A DNA stretch of 64,000 nt. Source: Monocercomonoides exilis PA203 (lineage: Eukaryota > Protista > Preaxostyla). Below the pieces are notes generated by a model. It did no database searches, had not been told where the DNA came from, and saw only the letters and a program-made list of their open reading frames with translations. Numbering within the stretch: position 1 is the first letter of the stretch; each line of letters starts with the position of its first letter. The DNA lies in assembly GCA_001643675.2 (NCBI GenBank), contig LSRY02000016.1:1054001-1118000 (forward strand), given 5' to 3'. This document shows, in pieces, positions 38,333 to 51,700 of this stretch. A program made the position numbers and the translations under genes.

Positions 38333-39386
38333 GGGTGATTTTTTTATCCGGACATTTTTTTTAATCCGGACATTTTTTTTAATCCGGACATTTTTTTTAA
38401 TCCGGACATTTTTTTTTATTGGCGTTTCTCACTAAATAAAAACTGAAAATAGAAAAAGCATATTGAACCAGGTTTGAATACATATTAAATGTTCATACAA
38501 AAAAATTTTTTTGTCAATTTTTGTTTTTGATGAAGATCTTGTGAATTTTTAATTTATTTTTGATCATTTGTTTTGCTCGTTTTTAACCGACTCTCTTTTT
38601 CTGTCAGTTTTTAGCTACTGGATCATAAATCATTCATAATTATCTTTAATAATTTCAAATCTTTTATGTTTTTTCTTATTTTTTCACGAGTTTCTCGCAT
38701 TTCATTGTTTTTGAAGATAATAACAAAAATCTGAAAATAATGAGCTACACAATATTTATTAGATGTTTAAAGTGATATGCGTCAAATGATAAATACTTGC
38801 AGTAAATATACATAACGAGAAAATTTTGTTAAATGTTGATGCTTTTGCAGTACAAATCTATTTTTCATCTTGACAAAATTGCTCATTTTGTTTTTGATTT
38901 TATGAAATATGATAAATAATTTCGATTTGCAATGTATTTTAATATAATTTGCATAATATTTTGGTATTTTCATTGAAAGAATAAATAACAGTCGAGAAAA
39001 AATGAGTTTTTTGTTATTATCTTCAAAAACAATGAAATGCGAGAAACTCGTGAAAAAATAAGAAAAAACATAAAAGATTTGAAATTATTAAAGATAATTA
39101 TGAATGATTTATGATCCAGTAGCTAAAAACTGACAGAAAAAGAGAGTCGGTTAAAAACGAGCAAAACAAATGATCAAAAATAAATTAAAAATTCACAAGA
39201 TCTTCATCAAAAACAAAAATTGACAAAAAAATTTTTTTGTATGAACATTTAATATGTATTCAAACCTGGTTCAATATGCTTTTTCTATTTTCAGTTTTTA
39301 TTTAGTGAGAAACGCCAATAAAAAAAAATGTCCGGATTAAAAAAAATGTCCGGATTAAAAAAAATGTCCAGATAAAAAAATCACCC
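38333..39386. mobile_element. MITE/fold-back DNA transposon with ~390-bp near-perfect TIRs and TA TSD
   Basis: TA|GGGTGATTTTTTTATCCGGAC...GTCCAGATAAAAAAATCACCC|TA. Arms 38333-38729 and ~39008-39386. Subterminal TCCGGACATTTTTTT repeats. Confidence 0.92.
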
Positions 39387-39781
39387 TATAACAATTTCTC
39401 GTTATGTTGATTTCATTTGTTTGCGAATATTTTGGAAATGAATTATTAATTTGATTTTTTTTTTTTTATCCTGTAAGATTTGGTGCTATTGTACATTGAT
39501 GTTCCTTGATTTACTGGAAAATATGAGTCCATAATATTGTTGAAGAACAAATATTGCGAAATTTAAATTACATTTATTACCCAAACGAGTAAAAAGCTCA
39601 CAAAATTGAATAAAAGTGAGTGAATCAAAAATAAAATAAAATAAAATAAAATAAAAAAATAGCATTTAAAAAAAAAGAATTGATTAAAAAAAAATAAAAA
39701 GAATGAATTGATCAAATTGTTTGAAAGTTTAGCATTTGCCTTATTGATTCTAGCAAGTGTTTTTGGCTTTAAGAGTAGGGT

Positions 39782-40852
39782 TCACAAGAATATGAGATAA
39801 TTCATTGCGTTTGCCTTGTCTCTACACAAAAATTGGAAAGAGGGCCTAATGCACTTGCAGCAGCTGTTCACAAAGTCCTCGTAACCTTCTTCTTTAAGTT
39901 TGTCGATTATGTCTCTTCTTAACTTCTTTGAGCATTTTACGAAATAACAATAAGTTTTTGATTCACACATCCCAAGAATCAAACAAATTGTTGAGCACCA
40001 TCTCTCAATTATGTGAGCATTGGCCTTTTGCTCAACAGTCTCTTCTTTATCGCTCCAATCCACATATCCTTCCAGCTCTTCTTATTCATTCGTTGCCTCT
40101 CTCACGAAATGATAGTCGAATACCAAGTTATTTCGTTTCTTTCTTATATACTCCATTCGAATCGTAGCCAGATGCCAAGAACATTGGAAGGCCAGATGCG
40201 TGAGATTGCGATTAAGTTGATGGTTCAAAATAATTTGATTAATTTCATCCATATCAAGATCGGAAGCAAAGTTCTATTAATAAAATCAAAACAAATAAAT
40301 GCAATAATAAAATAATAACGTCCAAACGTATAAACTTCTGAGATGGCATTAAGCTAACAAAGCAATTTCAACATCTTTACTGCAAAAATGATGAAATGTT
40401 TTCATGGATGCAACTTTCATAATTTGGTTTGCACAAATAGAGGAAACTTCGAACGAAAGAGAGCAACCTTTATTTAACAAAATAACTCAGCATTCGCATA
40501 GGTAGATATATGATTTATCATCACTAACTTCGATAATTATCTTTTCGTCACAAACCTTCATTTCATATCTGTTGCATAACAAGGATTCACTATAGCCCTG
40601 GCTTCGAATTTTTGATAAAGATTTATAATACCCAATATGCTTCAACAGCAAATTAGCATTTTCAGTTGTCAATTTCTTTTTGGCAATCAGAAAATTCAGT
40701 TCATTAAACAAATCTTTATTAAGAATTGATATTAGTTCCTCTTCTCTCATCTTATCTATCAGTCTGTTTATTTCAACAATTTTCTGTTTTTGTTCATAAG
40801 TCGTGTAGCGCTCAAGTTTAGAAATCTCATCTTTGAAATTGAGAAAGAACAA
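39782..40852 (-). pseudogene. Degenerate member of a lineage-specific multicopy helical protein family
   Basis: EQKQKIVEINRLIDKMREEE...ENANLLLKHIGY and the end ...DKLKEEGYEDFV resemble a large Monocercomonoides-specific family (recognition only). The frame is broken by stops and frameshifts between 40060 and 40490. Confidence 0.55.
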
Positions 40853-41107
40853 AAATATTCTCCATAAATAAATAAATAAATACCCAAAATCTTTGCTGCA
40901 TTTTTAACCTTGATTTTCTAAAAAAAAATATATATATATCACCAATGAAAGAAAAATGTCAGGAGAAGGAGATGGAAATCAAAAGAGTTATTTTTTAATT
41001 TTTTTCTAATTTTTAACATAAACAAAAAGAATTACAAACCTGATCCATTTGAATCGCAGAAATAGCCTATGGCATATTATGGGCATCTCTGATATCGTAC
41101 GGTAATA

Positions 41108-44013
41108 CAGTCTAAACCGGATATAATCACGTCGAATATAGTCACATTCGTTTATAGTCACTAAACATCTGCGTCACATGCCTTCTGACGTGAACATTTT
41201 TGGAGTGACGTGACTTGAAAGAAATAACTTTTTCTACACTAATTTTTAAAAATTCCACTTTTGTGAGAAATAAAAATTATAAAAAATATTTGATTAAATT
41301 TTTTTTAATAAAATTTAATAAATACGGTGAATATATGTATTTTTATTTTTTTTAATATTCATTTTCAATTTTCAGATGAACAATGGGTTGTGTCGTGATC
41401 ATTTTTTTATGGTATAAATACCACGGCATTCACGTCACTGCCTGTCACTGACGTAATTCAAGTCAATAAGGCATTTTTGAAAATGTTTGTGTTTTTTCAG
41501 GTTGAAAATATTCTTTTATTAAATTTTTAACTTCTTTAAATCAGACAATTATTGTTAGAAAATAATTTTTCATTTTTTTTTCTGAATTTATCTTATATTT
41601 TTTTTATTCATTCAAATTATTAGAGCTTGTTTTCTACAAAAAGCTGTTACAAACATATGAGATGCTTGTTAAAACATAAACAGTTGTTAGAGTTTGGAGC
41701 CTGAGCGTCAGGAGCGAATGGCTGTTCGGTGGAAGGCTGTGTTTTCATTTTCTATGGCGGGGATCAGGACAGAGCGGTTAGCGTGCAAGGCGCTAGCATT
41801 TGCGGAGGAGCATCTGGACAACGAGGCGAAGAAGACGTATCATGCGGTGGTTTGTCCTCTGATATTTACGAATGGGAGCTGGATGCCGGGAAAGCATAAG
41901 AAGCTGTTGTTGGTGGCTGAGGAGCGCGTTATGATGGGGACAGAGCAAAACAAGAGCGAGTCGGATGCGATTAGGGGGTGAGAGGGAGTGTGGAGAGGAA
42001 GAGCGTGGGGGCAACAAGCGAGTCCTTTCTTCCGGTGCAGAGCTGTGAGATAGATCATCGATGGGAATTTTCAGCTAGAGTTCATATGGAAGGAGCTGCG
42101 ATGCTCCGTTTTTACTTCCTATAATCTGTGTGTGGAGAAAATTGAGGAGAGCGGATTGAAACACACCGTTTTGATCATGCAAGGAAGATCACTGAAAGTC
42201 AGGGAAACAGGAGGATCGGGCAGGAGGTGATTGAAAAGAGCAAAGCAGAAGAGGAGGTGGTGGAGCGGGTTGGAGGAAAAGGTGAAAAAGGGAAGGAAGG
42301 GGAGGAGAAAGAGGAAGGATAAAAGTGTTATGAGACATCAGCGATTGTGCCGAAGGGAAAAGGGGAAGGGGCAGGCAGGAGGCAGAATCTGCATGAAAGG
42401 TGTTGGTGACCGAACATCCTGTTTATTGGGATGAGAGCGGCGGAGGTGGTGGTGCTGTTAGTGACTGTGGAGTGCTGTGTGTGGCAGCAGCATTAGGTGG
42501 AGTCTGGGAAGATGGTGCTGGGGTTGAACTGGGAGATGCAGGAGACGGCGTTTGAGTGGATGAAGCTGTAGGGGGAAGAGGTGGCAGAGGTGTGGGATGA
42601 GGATGCGGAGGTGGGTGTGCTGCTTTTTGCGCTGGTGCAGGACAAGGAGGCTGCAGTGACAGAGTGGAAGATCAAAGCGGAGGAAGTGGAAATGGAAGTG
42701 GAAGATGAAGAGGAAGGAGAAGACGAAGCAGAGTGAGGGCTGGGGAGAAATCTGCTGCTTCAGTGATTTTTTTCAAACAAATTCATAATAAAGTGTTTTT
42801 CATTTATATTCATTGATAATAATTCTCTCATGTCAATAACACACAGAATAACATATCAAATGTTTTTTTTTTATAAACAATTGTTCAATTAAAATAAAAA
42901 ATCGTCTAATGAGAATTGCAAAAAAACAACATTAAAATAATGATAATTATGTAAGTTTTTGTTAAAACTTACTCAACATGAAAAATATATTAGGTTGTAA
43001 TCTTTTTAAAAATGAAAAATAATAATAATGTGAAAATAAAAACAAATCTTCAAAAGCATTAACAAGTGAATTGAAAAATATTGATATTAATTTGTCTTGA
43101 ATGATATGACTTCTGTCAAGGCGAAAAATGGTATTTAAATAAAAAAAGATTTAATAAAGGTCTGCTTTTGGAAAATCAATATTTTCTGAACAATCAGATA
43201 TGTTTTAAATGTTTGGTAATTAATTATTGTCAATTAAAAATTAATATCAATAAGTTTGTTTTTATCAAAAAAAAAAAAAAAAAAAAAAAAAAAAGTGCCC
43301 GGCACTGACTGACGGGAGCTCGAATTTTAAAAGGTGACGCAGATGTTTAATAGTCACATTTAACGATGCACCGATATTTTATGGTAGTTTTTCATTCATT
43401 TTTCATCGCATATAATCACAGGGTTGAAAATATGGGTGATTATTTTTGAAACCCGATATTTTCTGTCAAAATTTTCGGTTTGAGTTTTTATTATGACAAT
43501 TCATAAATGAACCCTGAAAAGTGACAGAGCTGTAATGTGACGCCTCTTCTATTTTTTTCAAATCAAACTTTAGCTTTTGAAACGATATGAAAACATACAA
43601 AATTTGTTTGAAATAATTAAGCAAATAACAATGAAATTTCTTAAAAATAAACACCCCGAAAAAAGTTATGATTTCAAAAATAATCACCCATATATAATCA
43701 CATTTTGTTTCATTATGGGTGGATTTTTCATTGAAAAATCAACTTTTTGATCATAAATCTCAAATTTTCGTTTTTTCAAAAATGTGCTCATATAAGTCAA
43801 AATAATGTGTATTTAGGATCAAAATTATTCAAGCAAGTGAAAAATGCATTTTAATGAAAAATTTCCAAAAATAAAAATATCTACACAAAATTAATTATTT
43901 CAAAAATTAATTTTTATTTTTTTCTGTGAAAAGAATCATCGCGTATAATCACAATCGGATATAGTCACAAAAAGTTGTGCAAAAACCGATGTGATTATAT
44001 CCGGTTTAGACTG
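41108..44013. mobile_element. pogo/Tigger-like (Tc1-mariner superfamily) non-autonomous element with TA TSD; ~710 bp without the nested insert
   Basis: TA|CAGTCTAAACCGGATATAATCAC...GTGATTATATCCGGTTTAGACTG|TA, a perfect 23-bp TIR. Internal ATATA[AG]TCACA repeats. Confidence 0.92.
41162..43349. mobile_element. Nested non-autonomous DNA transposon with 16-bp TIR and 8-bp TSD (hAT-like)
   Basis: ATAGTCAC|TAAACATCTGCGTCAC...GTGACGCAGATGTTTA|ATAGTCAC, with TSDs at 41154-41161 and 43350-43357. Subterminal TGAC/GTCA motifs. Confidence 0.9.
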
Positions 44014-44233
44014 TACTGATTTTTTCCTTTTTATAAAATATGTCTCTTTTTCGAAAAATAATATTTTGTTTCATCAAATTACGACTTCCAAATCTTTTCT
44101 TCCAATGGCATTCAAATTTATTAAATGATGCATTTTAAAGTACAAGAGCGAGCATTCATGTGCTTCTGAAAAACAAAATAAAAAAAAAATCAAGAAAAAA
44201 AGAATTAAAAAAATAAAGGTATTTGATAATAAT

Positions 44234-44442
44234 TGGCTGATCAATTTTTGAAATCACACTTTCGTTCGAGTTTTTATCAAAATTCTTTTCTCAATGGGAT
44301 TTAGAAAAAAATGAGTTGAAACAGGGAACACTTATTGTTTATGATATTGCAATTGCAAAAACAAATTTTTACATAAATCCTATTGAGCAAAAAATTTTGA
44401 TCAAAACTCGAACGAAAGTTTGATTTCAAAAAGGATCAGCCA
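44234..44442. repeat. Short fold-back (mini-MITE-like) with ~68-bp imperfect inverted arms
   Basis: 44234-44302 is inverted relative to 44375-44442 (TGGCTGATC...TTCGTTCGAGTTTT...GGATTT). The same arm occurs at 4342-4410. Confidence 0.75.
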
Positions 44443-46931
44443 TTTGGGACAAAATTCTTGTTTTTTTGAAAAAAACAACGATTTGTTCCAAACTTTTTCC
44501 ACCTTCATATCATAACAAGTCAAACATTCTCAGACAAAAATGTTTTGAAAAATAAAAAAATTGAGAAATCAATTTCGAAATTCTGAATGGAACAAAATAC
44601 ATAAGGCAAAAAATATATTCTTATTTGAAAAGATTTGTTTTTGCTTCTAATTTTTGTTCCATTAAACAATTACAGGCATATGTGTATTATTTTGGAACAT
44701 TCAAAAATCGATATTATTTATTTATTTCTTTTAATAATGATTAATTATGCTATTTCAAGTTGTTGAATTTGTGTCGAAATTTGAAAAAAAAATTAACGAA
44801 AATTTCTTGAACAAAAAATATTTAAATTTTTTGAGAAATATCACCAATTTTTCTTGAATGAAACATATGTTGTTTGAAAAGAAAAGTCAATTTCAATGAT
44901 GATTCGTGCATTCAATGAACAAAAAGCTTGGAATAAGTTATTTTCTGCACTGAGAGATGAAATAGTTAATAAGAATGCATATGTATTTATTTTGTCAAGA
45001 AACAGTTAAATGTTTTATTAAGCTCAATAATAATTTTCAACTCCATATTAAATTGATTCAATTTGTGTTAATAATGGTGGACACTTTCAATAACTGTGGA
45101 CTGTTGCATTGTCTCCACAACCGTTGATTGGTGCATTTTGATATAACCCCATTTATTCTTTCAATGAATTCAAACTCATAGATCATACAAAAATGAAACA
45201 ACTCACTTCCATATCTGAATATCGTATGACTGTGCAAACGTTAAGGGAATATGTGTGTTTATTATCAAAATGCATATATCAACAGTTGTTGAGATATTTC
45301 CACAGTCCACAGTTACAAAAAGCATCTACCATTATTTACACTAACAATATCACAGGAAATAGGATTTCGTCGAAAATCTTCAATTTTGTGGTTGAGGCAA
45401 GATATAAAAGTTTTAAATTTGATAAAAGATTTAGGGTTTGCATTGTCTAAAAAAAGTTCACTTTGAGGTTCAGAAATACAAAAGATATATTGATAATGAT
45501 GCTGATCCAAAAAATTCAGCTTCACCACATTTTGCATTCTTCTTTAAGAAAATGGAATTGTTAAAAAAATTCAAGTCCAATTTAAGAAATAATTTGTGAA
45601 TGAAAAATATCTCATCACACATAAACATTTTTGAAAATTTTTATGGGAAAAAATTTTTTCTCCTCAGAATAATTGCAGCGTATGTGTGTTTTGATAAAAT
45701 ATCTCAAAAACAATGATAATCACTCTTGTCATCTAATAATGGAAATTCTGACGTTAAGGATAAGCACACAATTGCTCAATAATATTCTGTCATCATTTTT
45801 CACATAATCTTTCATTTTTAGCAGAACGATATCAGAATAATAATGATATGAATGAAAAATGTTTCCTCCATTCGTGTTCCGAAGTATTGATAATTCAAAC
45901 AGGTGTGAATTTATATAAATTCCATCTTCACGTTCATCCATGTTATTCTTATGTGTTAGAATATTTAATTTTTTCCTTAATTTGGATATTTACAGTATAT
46001 ATTAAATTTTCCAAATTGAAAAACTCGGATGTGAGTACAACGCAAATAACAACATTCGGTAATATTTTCGATAATCCAGATTTGAATATTTATTGTTATT
46101 TTTTTATTTTTCAGACATAATGAAACTGGAAGGACATCAATGAAACTTCGAAATAATCAGTTATTATTATTATTCTTATAATTAAAATTTTTGTATTAAC
46201 TAACTGTTGTTCACGTTATCGAAATAAATGAATTTATTCACATGTTATTTTTTCACAGTTGGAGGAAAATTCGGACTTTCAATCTTTTTTTGCACTAGGC
46301 ATTAAAAAATTGCTTCACTCAAAACTTTATTTTCGCTTTCTCAGATTTCATTACAAATATGATTTTCATCTCTACAAACAGGCATCATTGAAATCAAAAC
46401 ATGAGGAATTGAAACATTTTATGAATGTCAAAAATGGACCCAATTTTATTGTGTTTTTTTATCTCAAAAAGTCAATGAAAAGTGCATAACTTTTCAATGA
46501 AAATGCCTGAAGTGAAATATTTAGCCCCAAATAAAAAAATAAAAATAAAATAAAAAAAAAGCTTGAAAGTCCGTATTTTCCCCCATATCAAAAATAATCG
46601 CTCTTATTCATTTATTTATTTTCAAGTTTATCCAAAAATGAGAGAATTTCATTTTTCAAATATAAGGTTGATGTATTTCTGATGAAATCAAATAAAAAAT
46701 TAGTATTTTATATTGTGGGCAATCACGCTTCAAATCAAATATTTTTTTCGGTGAATAAACAGTTGAAGTTTCAAATCATTAGTAAGTTAATACATACTGA
46801 AATGTTCAATGCATTTCAATTATCGCCGAAACATATGTTTCAGATAAAAGTGAAGCAGTAAATAAATTTCATTGTGAAATTCATCTTTGAGTTGATCTCC
46901 AAACTTTGTTCTTTTTCAAAATAACAATATT

Positions 46932-46966
<35 letters not shown>

Positions 46967-47427
46967 TTTTTCAGTGTGAAATCTTGACTTGTTTGTTTCT
47001 TATTGAATTTCAAAATTTTTTTTTATTTTTCGAAATCAGTCATCAAGAAAAAAAAAGTTCAGTTAAAAAAGTTTTTTTTTCGAAATAAAGATATTAATTT
47101 TCGAATTTGAATTATTTTTTTTTTTTGTGTGTGGTCCTTGACATAAATAATAGGCAAATGGGTATGATACGACCAGTGAAAAATTCATATCATAACGATT
47201 TCTTTTTCATATTCCTTCCAGAAAATCATCAGTTCAATGAAGATAAAGTCTATTTTTATCATCAATTATTCAAAGAAAGAAATTTTTAATTTTTTCAATT
47301 TTTGAATAATGATAAAAAATTAATTTTCGTATTGAAGCCCTAATGTCTTTATAAATGAAGAAAAAATGAAATTTCTTTTCGGGTTAACCCTAATTCATAG
47401 AGTTCTGTTGTAAAAAATAGTTAATTG

Positions 47428-47476
<49 letters not shown>

Positions 47477-48705
47477 AAACATGATTAAATTAAATGATTG
47501 GCTTGATCGAAGATTATTATCTCTGAAAGATTGATAATGTTGGAAGATAAATAAATTTTTTAAAAATAATTTAACAACTGACCTTATCTAACGAGTACGT
47601 CAAGCTCGGTTTCAATACAGTTTTAGATATTTTCAAGAAAAAAATCATTACTGGCCGTATAATCCCCTTTTGCCAAATAATATTCTCCTTTTTCAAATTA
47701 AAATTGAATATCTCATTTGTTTCTCAAGAAAATATTTTTCATCGGATTCAATGCAGTCCATAACGTTCGACGAATAAACTGACAGTTTAAAACAATTAAA
47801 TTATAGCATGCGTCAAATTTGAACACTTTCACCACTTCTCAATTTTTGGAAAAAAATTTTGATGTCAATGATTTCAAATTCTCTTTTTCAAGAAAATAAA
47901 ATAAAAATCACCTTTTAAAGAAATAAAAATAAAAAGAATCTGTTTTTTGATATTTTGTTTATCAGTTTTTATGACATTATCTTATTCTATCGATTTCTAC
48001 AATTTATTGATTTCATTTTAAAAATATATTTGTAAAATTAAATAATTCCCATTCTAAGATGATTATTGATTACCTTACGATTTTTATACGATGACAACCA
48101 ACGAGAAAAGCGTAGAAAATAAAACGACATTTCATCAACCAAAAAGAAATGATTTTATTTGTGATCTTGATTGCAAGCGACGCCATCGTATCCGAGCTTC
48201 TCTGAATTGAAAATTGAACATGTGCTTTGATAATGACAAATAATAATATTTGCTCGAAAAGGAAATATCCTGCGATGAAGGCTTTTAAAGCACTGCTTTT
48301 CATATTCTTGCAAAACAAAAAGAGTTTGATTGAAATTTGATGAATTTTCAATATCTTTGAAAATAATACTTTATTCTTAAAAAATTTCTCAGAGAGCAGC
48401 GCATATTCTATTTATAACGCCACAGAGAAATGTTCCATGCTTTTGCTGGTGCGGGCTTTCAAGCCATAAGAATCATAAACAGAAAACGAACAAATAAACA
48501 TGAAAAAAAGAAAAGTTCCATTTTTGCTTTGAAAATGGTGCAAAACGCCTCTTGTCACACCCAACAAAAGCAGCAACACAACTACTCACACCCCTGTTAA
48601 TGGAGTATATATACATATTGCAAATGAAAATTCCATTGCCGTTCCTGATAAATGCCCCAGATTCCATTTGCACTTTGCAATCCTTTTGCCGAAATGCAAT
48701 TTTTA

Positions 48706-51700
48706 TTAAACACTTCCAGAGTCGCTCCCTTCGGACTCTGCCCCAGAAGCCTTGCACCGACTGCCGCTGCTGCTCGAATAAGCGTAGCCAATTGCATCAG
48801 ACATCGTGAGCACAGCTGCGCCTGCAGGAAAGTGCTGGATGAACTCGCGCTTGAGGCCGACAAGTGTTGGCCTTGCCGGGGCATTGCTGTCCAGGCACGA
48901 CAGAATGCAGCCAGAAAATGGGTTCTTTTCGGTAATTCCCATGATAGGTCGTTCTCCATTCACAATCTTCTGCCCTGCCACCTCTGCTGGATACTCCCCA
49001 AATGGGATCTGGAGCGTAAGGCACTCCCACAACATCATCCCAATCGAGAAGGCAACCGACTCCTTTGTTGCTCTCATCTTCTTGCTCATCAGCAGCTCTG
49101 GCGCCTTCCACCTCATGCACTCTTTTCTGTTGTCATCCTCATCCTCAAAGGCAGATGAAGGAGGAGGTGATTTTGTGAATCTCTCGCTCTTCACAGAAAC
49201 ATCAGAGGAAGATGTGGCAATGGTAGAGGTTGAAGAGATGGAGGAAGTGTCAGAGTCTGACGAGCAGTCGGAGTGGAGGGCAATGCAGATGACCATGTGT
49301 TCTGAGAACAGCACGATGTGGGGACTGAGATTGGCCAAAGAGGAAAGCTCATTTTCCATTTCGTCAAAGGAGTGGAGCGCAAGATTGGCCACCCAGAACA
49401 GGATCTGTGCAGCTGTCTGCTTCCTCTCCTTCAAACTCCCAATCGCCATTTCTTTCTTCTCGTTCCTTCCATGAAGCAGCATGAACAGCGAATCTCTCAG
49501 ATCCACAATCAGCTTCTCATGAGGGGGATGAGCAGGCCATTGCATCCACCAAGTTCGACATTGATGAGGTGGTGGGACACAGATCCTCTCCCCGAACAAA
49601 TGTTGAATCTGAATCAGTTGTGGATGTGGAAGAGATGGAAGGTGAAGGTGTTCTCTTTCTTGTATCTTCCTCTTCTTCCTCATCTTTCTCCAGTGCCCAT
49701 TCTGGAATCTTGTCTGAATCTCTCCCCAAAATGTATTCGGTGGAGTCACTCTCGGACAGAAGATGCTCTGATGATTCAGAGTGTTGCATATTCGTATCAT
49801 ATATTCTCTTCTTGATCCTCTCTTCATTCTTTTTCTCGGCCTCTCTCTCTGCTCTCATCCACTGCTCCTCAGGTGACATCTCCATCGTCACCATCTCAAA
49901 CGCCTTTGGATCCTTTCTGATGTTGTCATTCACAATCTCTCTCAGATCTTCTGCTTCGTTCTTTGCTTTCTTCCACCGAACAGCCAGAATAACAACAATT
50001 ACAAGCAGAAGCACAACAAATACAACACACACAATCACAATAATTGGCCAAAATGATTTTTCTTTCTTTCCACCTTCGACAATCTTTTCATCTCCACTTG
50101 TTTGGGCTACACTCCTGTTCTTCAGAATAAAATGTTGCGTTTCGCATTTGTGTTTCTCATTACCGAAAAGAAGAGAAACAGATGCTTCTGCATTTTCTTC
50201 TTCTCCAATAGTTGAGCTTGAAATATCTGCAGCTATCACACTCTCGTTCACAAATTCATCAAAATCATATTTTTCCACACGCTCTTCGTCTCCATTCCTC
50301 AGACTCAACTTCAAACCCACGTTGCAAGGAAGCAACAATGTGCCTTTCACATACAATCTAACTTCGTCTCCTTTCTTATCTATCTTTGCTGATTCTATTG
50401 TGGGGATGAACAAAGGAGAAGGCCTCTCTCCAGCAATCCCTTTCATCGTGCATTCATTATTCAAGATCCATAATGATGTGTTTGGCAGCAGCCCATCTCC
50501 TCCTTTCACACTCATCACATTTACAACCCCAAAATCTGAGCAAATGATGTTCCGTCTTACCGATGGATAGTGCAAAATAGATGGATTATTGTTGTTGAAA
50601 TTGCATGCTTCAATCGTCACAGCACCGCCACTCGCTGTCAACCCGCCTTTCGAGGAGTCGCAAACTGTTGTGTCTCTTATCTCAGTGACACAATCAGAGA
50701 AATCAACAACAGAGCCGTTCCATTCGCAGATGCCCTCTTCAGCAACATTCATTTCCTCTGAACCACCAGCAAGATTCCCTTCAAACTTGCACTGATCGAC
50801 CATCATCTCATCGGCAGAGACCATTGCCACTTGACTCCCTTTCGCAGATGCTGATGCGCATTCGCAAAATGAACAGTTGAACATTTCAGAGGCAGACTTT
50901 GCGTGAGACGTGAAAATAACGCTTGGTCCAGATGATGATCGGCTGATGTTCGCAAATGATGATAATGACAATGAAAAAAGCAAAGAAGAACTCTCTTTCG
51001 AAGAAATCACACAACCATTTTGCAGAGTTGTATTTTCTGCTTTCAATTTGGAAATGCTAACACTCTGGCTAATACCACACTCTATCACTGAGCTCAGGCA
51101 TTGAACATTGCTGATTGTGAGATCCTGAAACTTTACGCTTTCAGAAGTCAACACACGAAACGCTGACTTTGCTAATTGCAAGCTGCATATGCTGCACTCG
51201 CTTCCCTCGAGCAGTCCATCCTCAACAGTTAACAATGAAAAATCAAAATTGTTCTGTGAATTCCAAAGTGATCCACTCTCAGCCAGAAATGAAACAGTTC
51301 CCAAAAAGAGAAATCCATTCAATTGGCGTATTAAGCACGAGCAGGCAATGTTACACATTCCATCAAAAACAAGTGACACTCTCTCAAATCGAACAGATTC
51401 CGAAGTTCTCACAACTTCCTCCCCTACCAACTCAACCTCACTCACTTTTATCTCGGCATTCCTATTCGATTCCATTGACTTGATCGTCACCTTTTGAGCA
51501 GAGCACGAGCCTGTTAAAGTTGTTTCATTCCAGATAAACAGCTGAGAATAATCAGACGGGATAATGTGGCTCACTCCAACATTCAGCGATGAGCATGCGC
51601 TCTTCATCTCCCCACAATTCTTGCTGTCGCTGCTGTTCCCCACAATCGATGACACAAATATGAATTCGCTCCTGAACACATACACCCTTCCCAACAGATC

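Noticed and set aside
38340-38420. Regularly spaced TCCGGACA repeats as a CRISPR-like array
   Set aside because: The spacers are just T-runs and the repeats are mirrored in the other TIR, so they are MITE subterminal repeats.
47381-47393. GGGTTAACCCTAA as a telomere-fusion remnant
   Set aside because: Only about two units; expected by chance.
47428-47474. Long poly-A run as a retrocopy/SINE tail
   Set aside because: No recognisable element body or target-site duplication.
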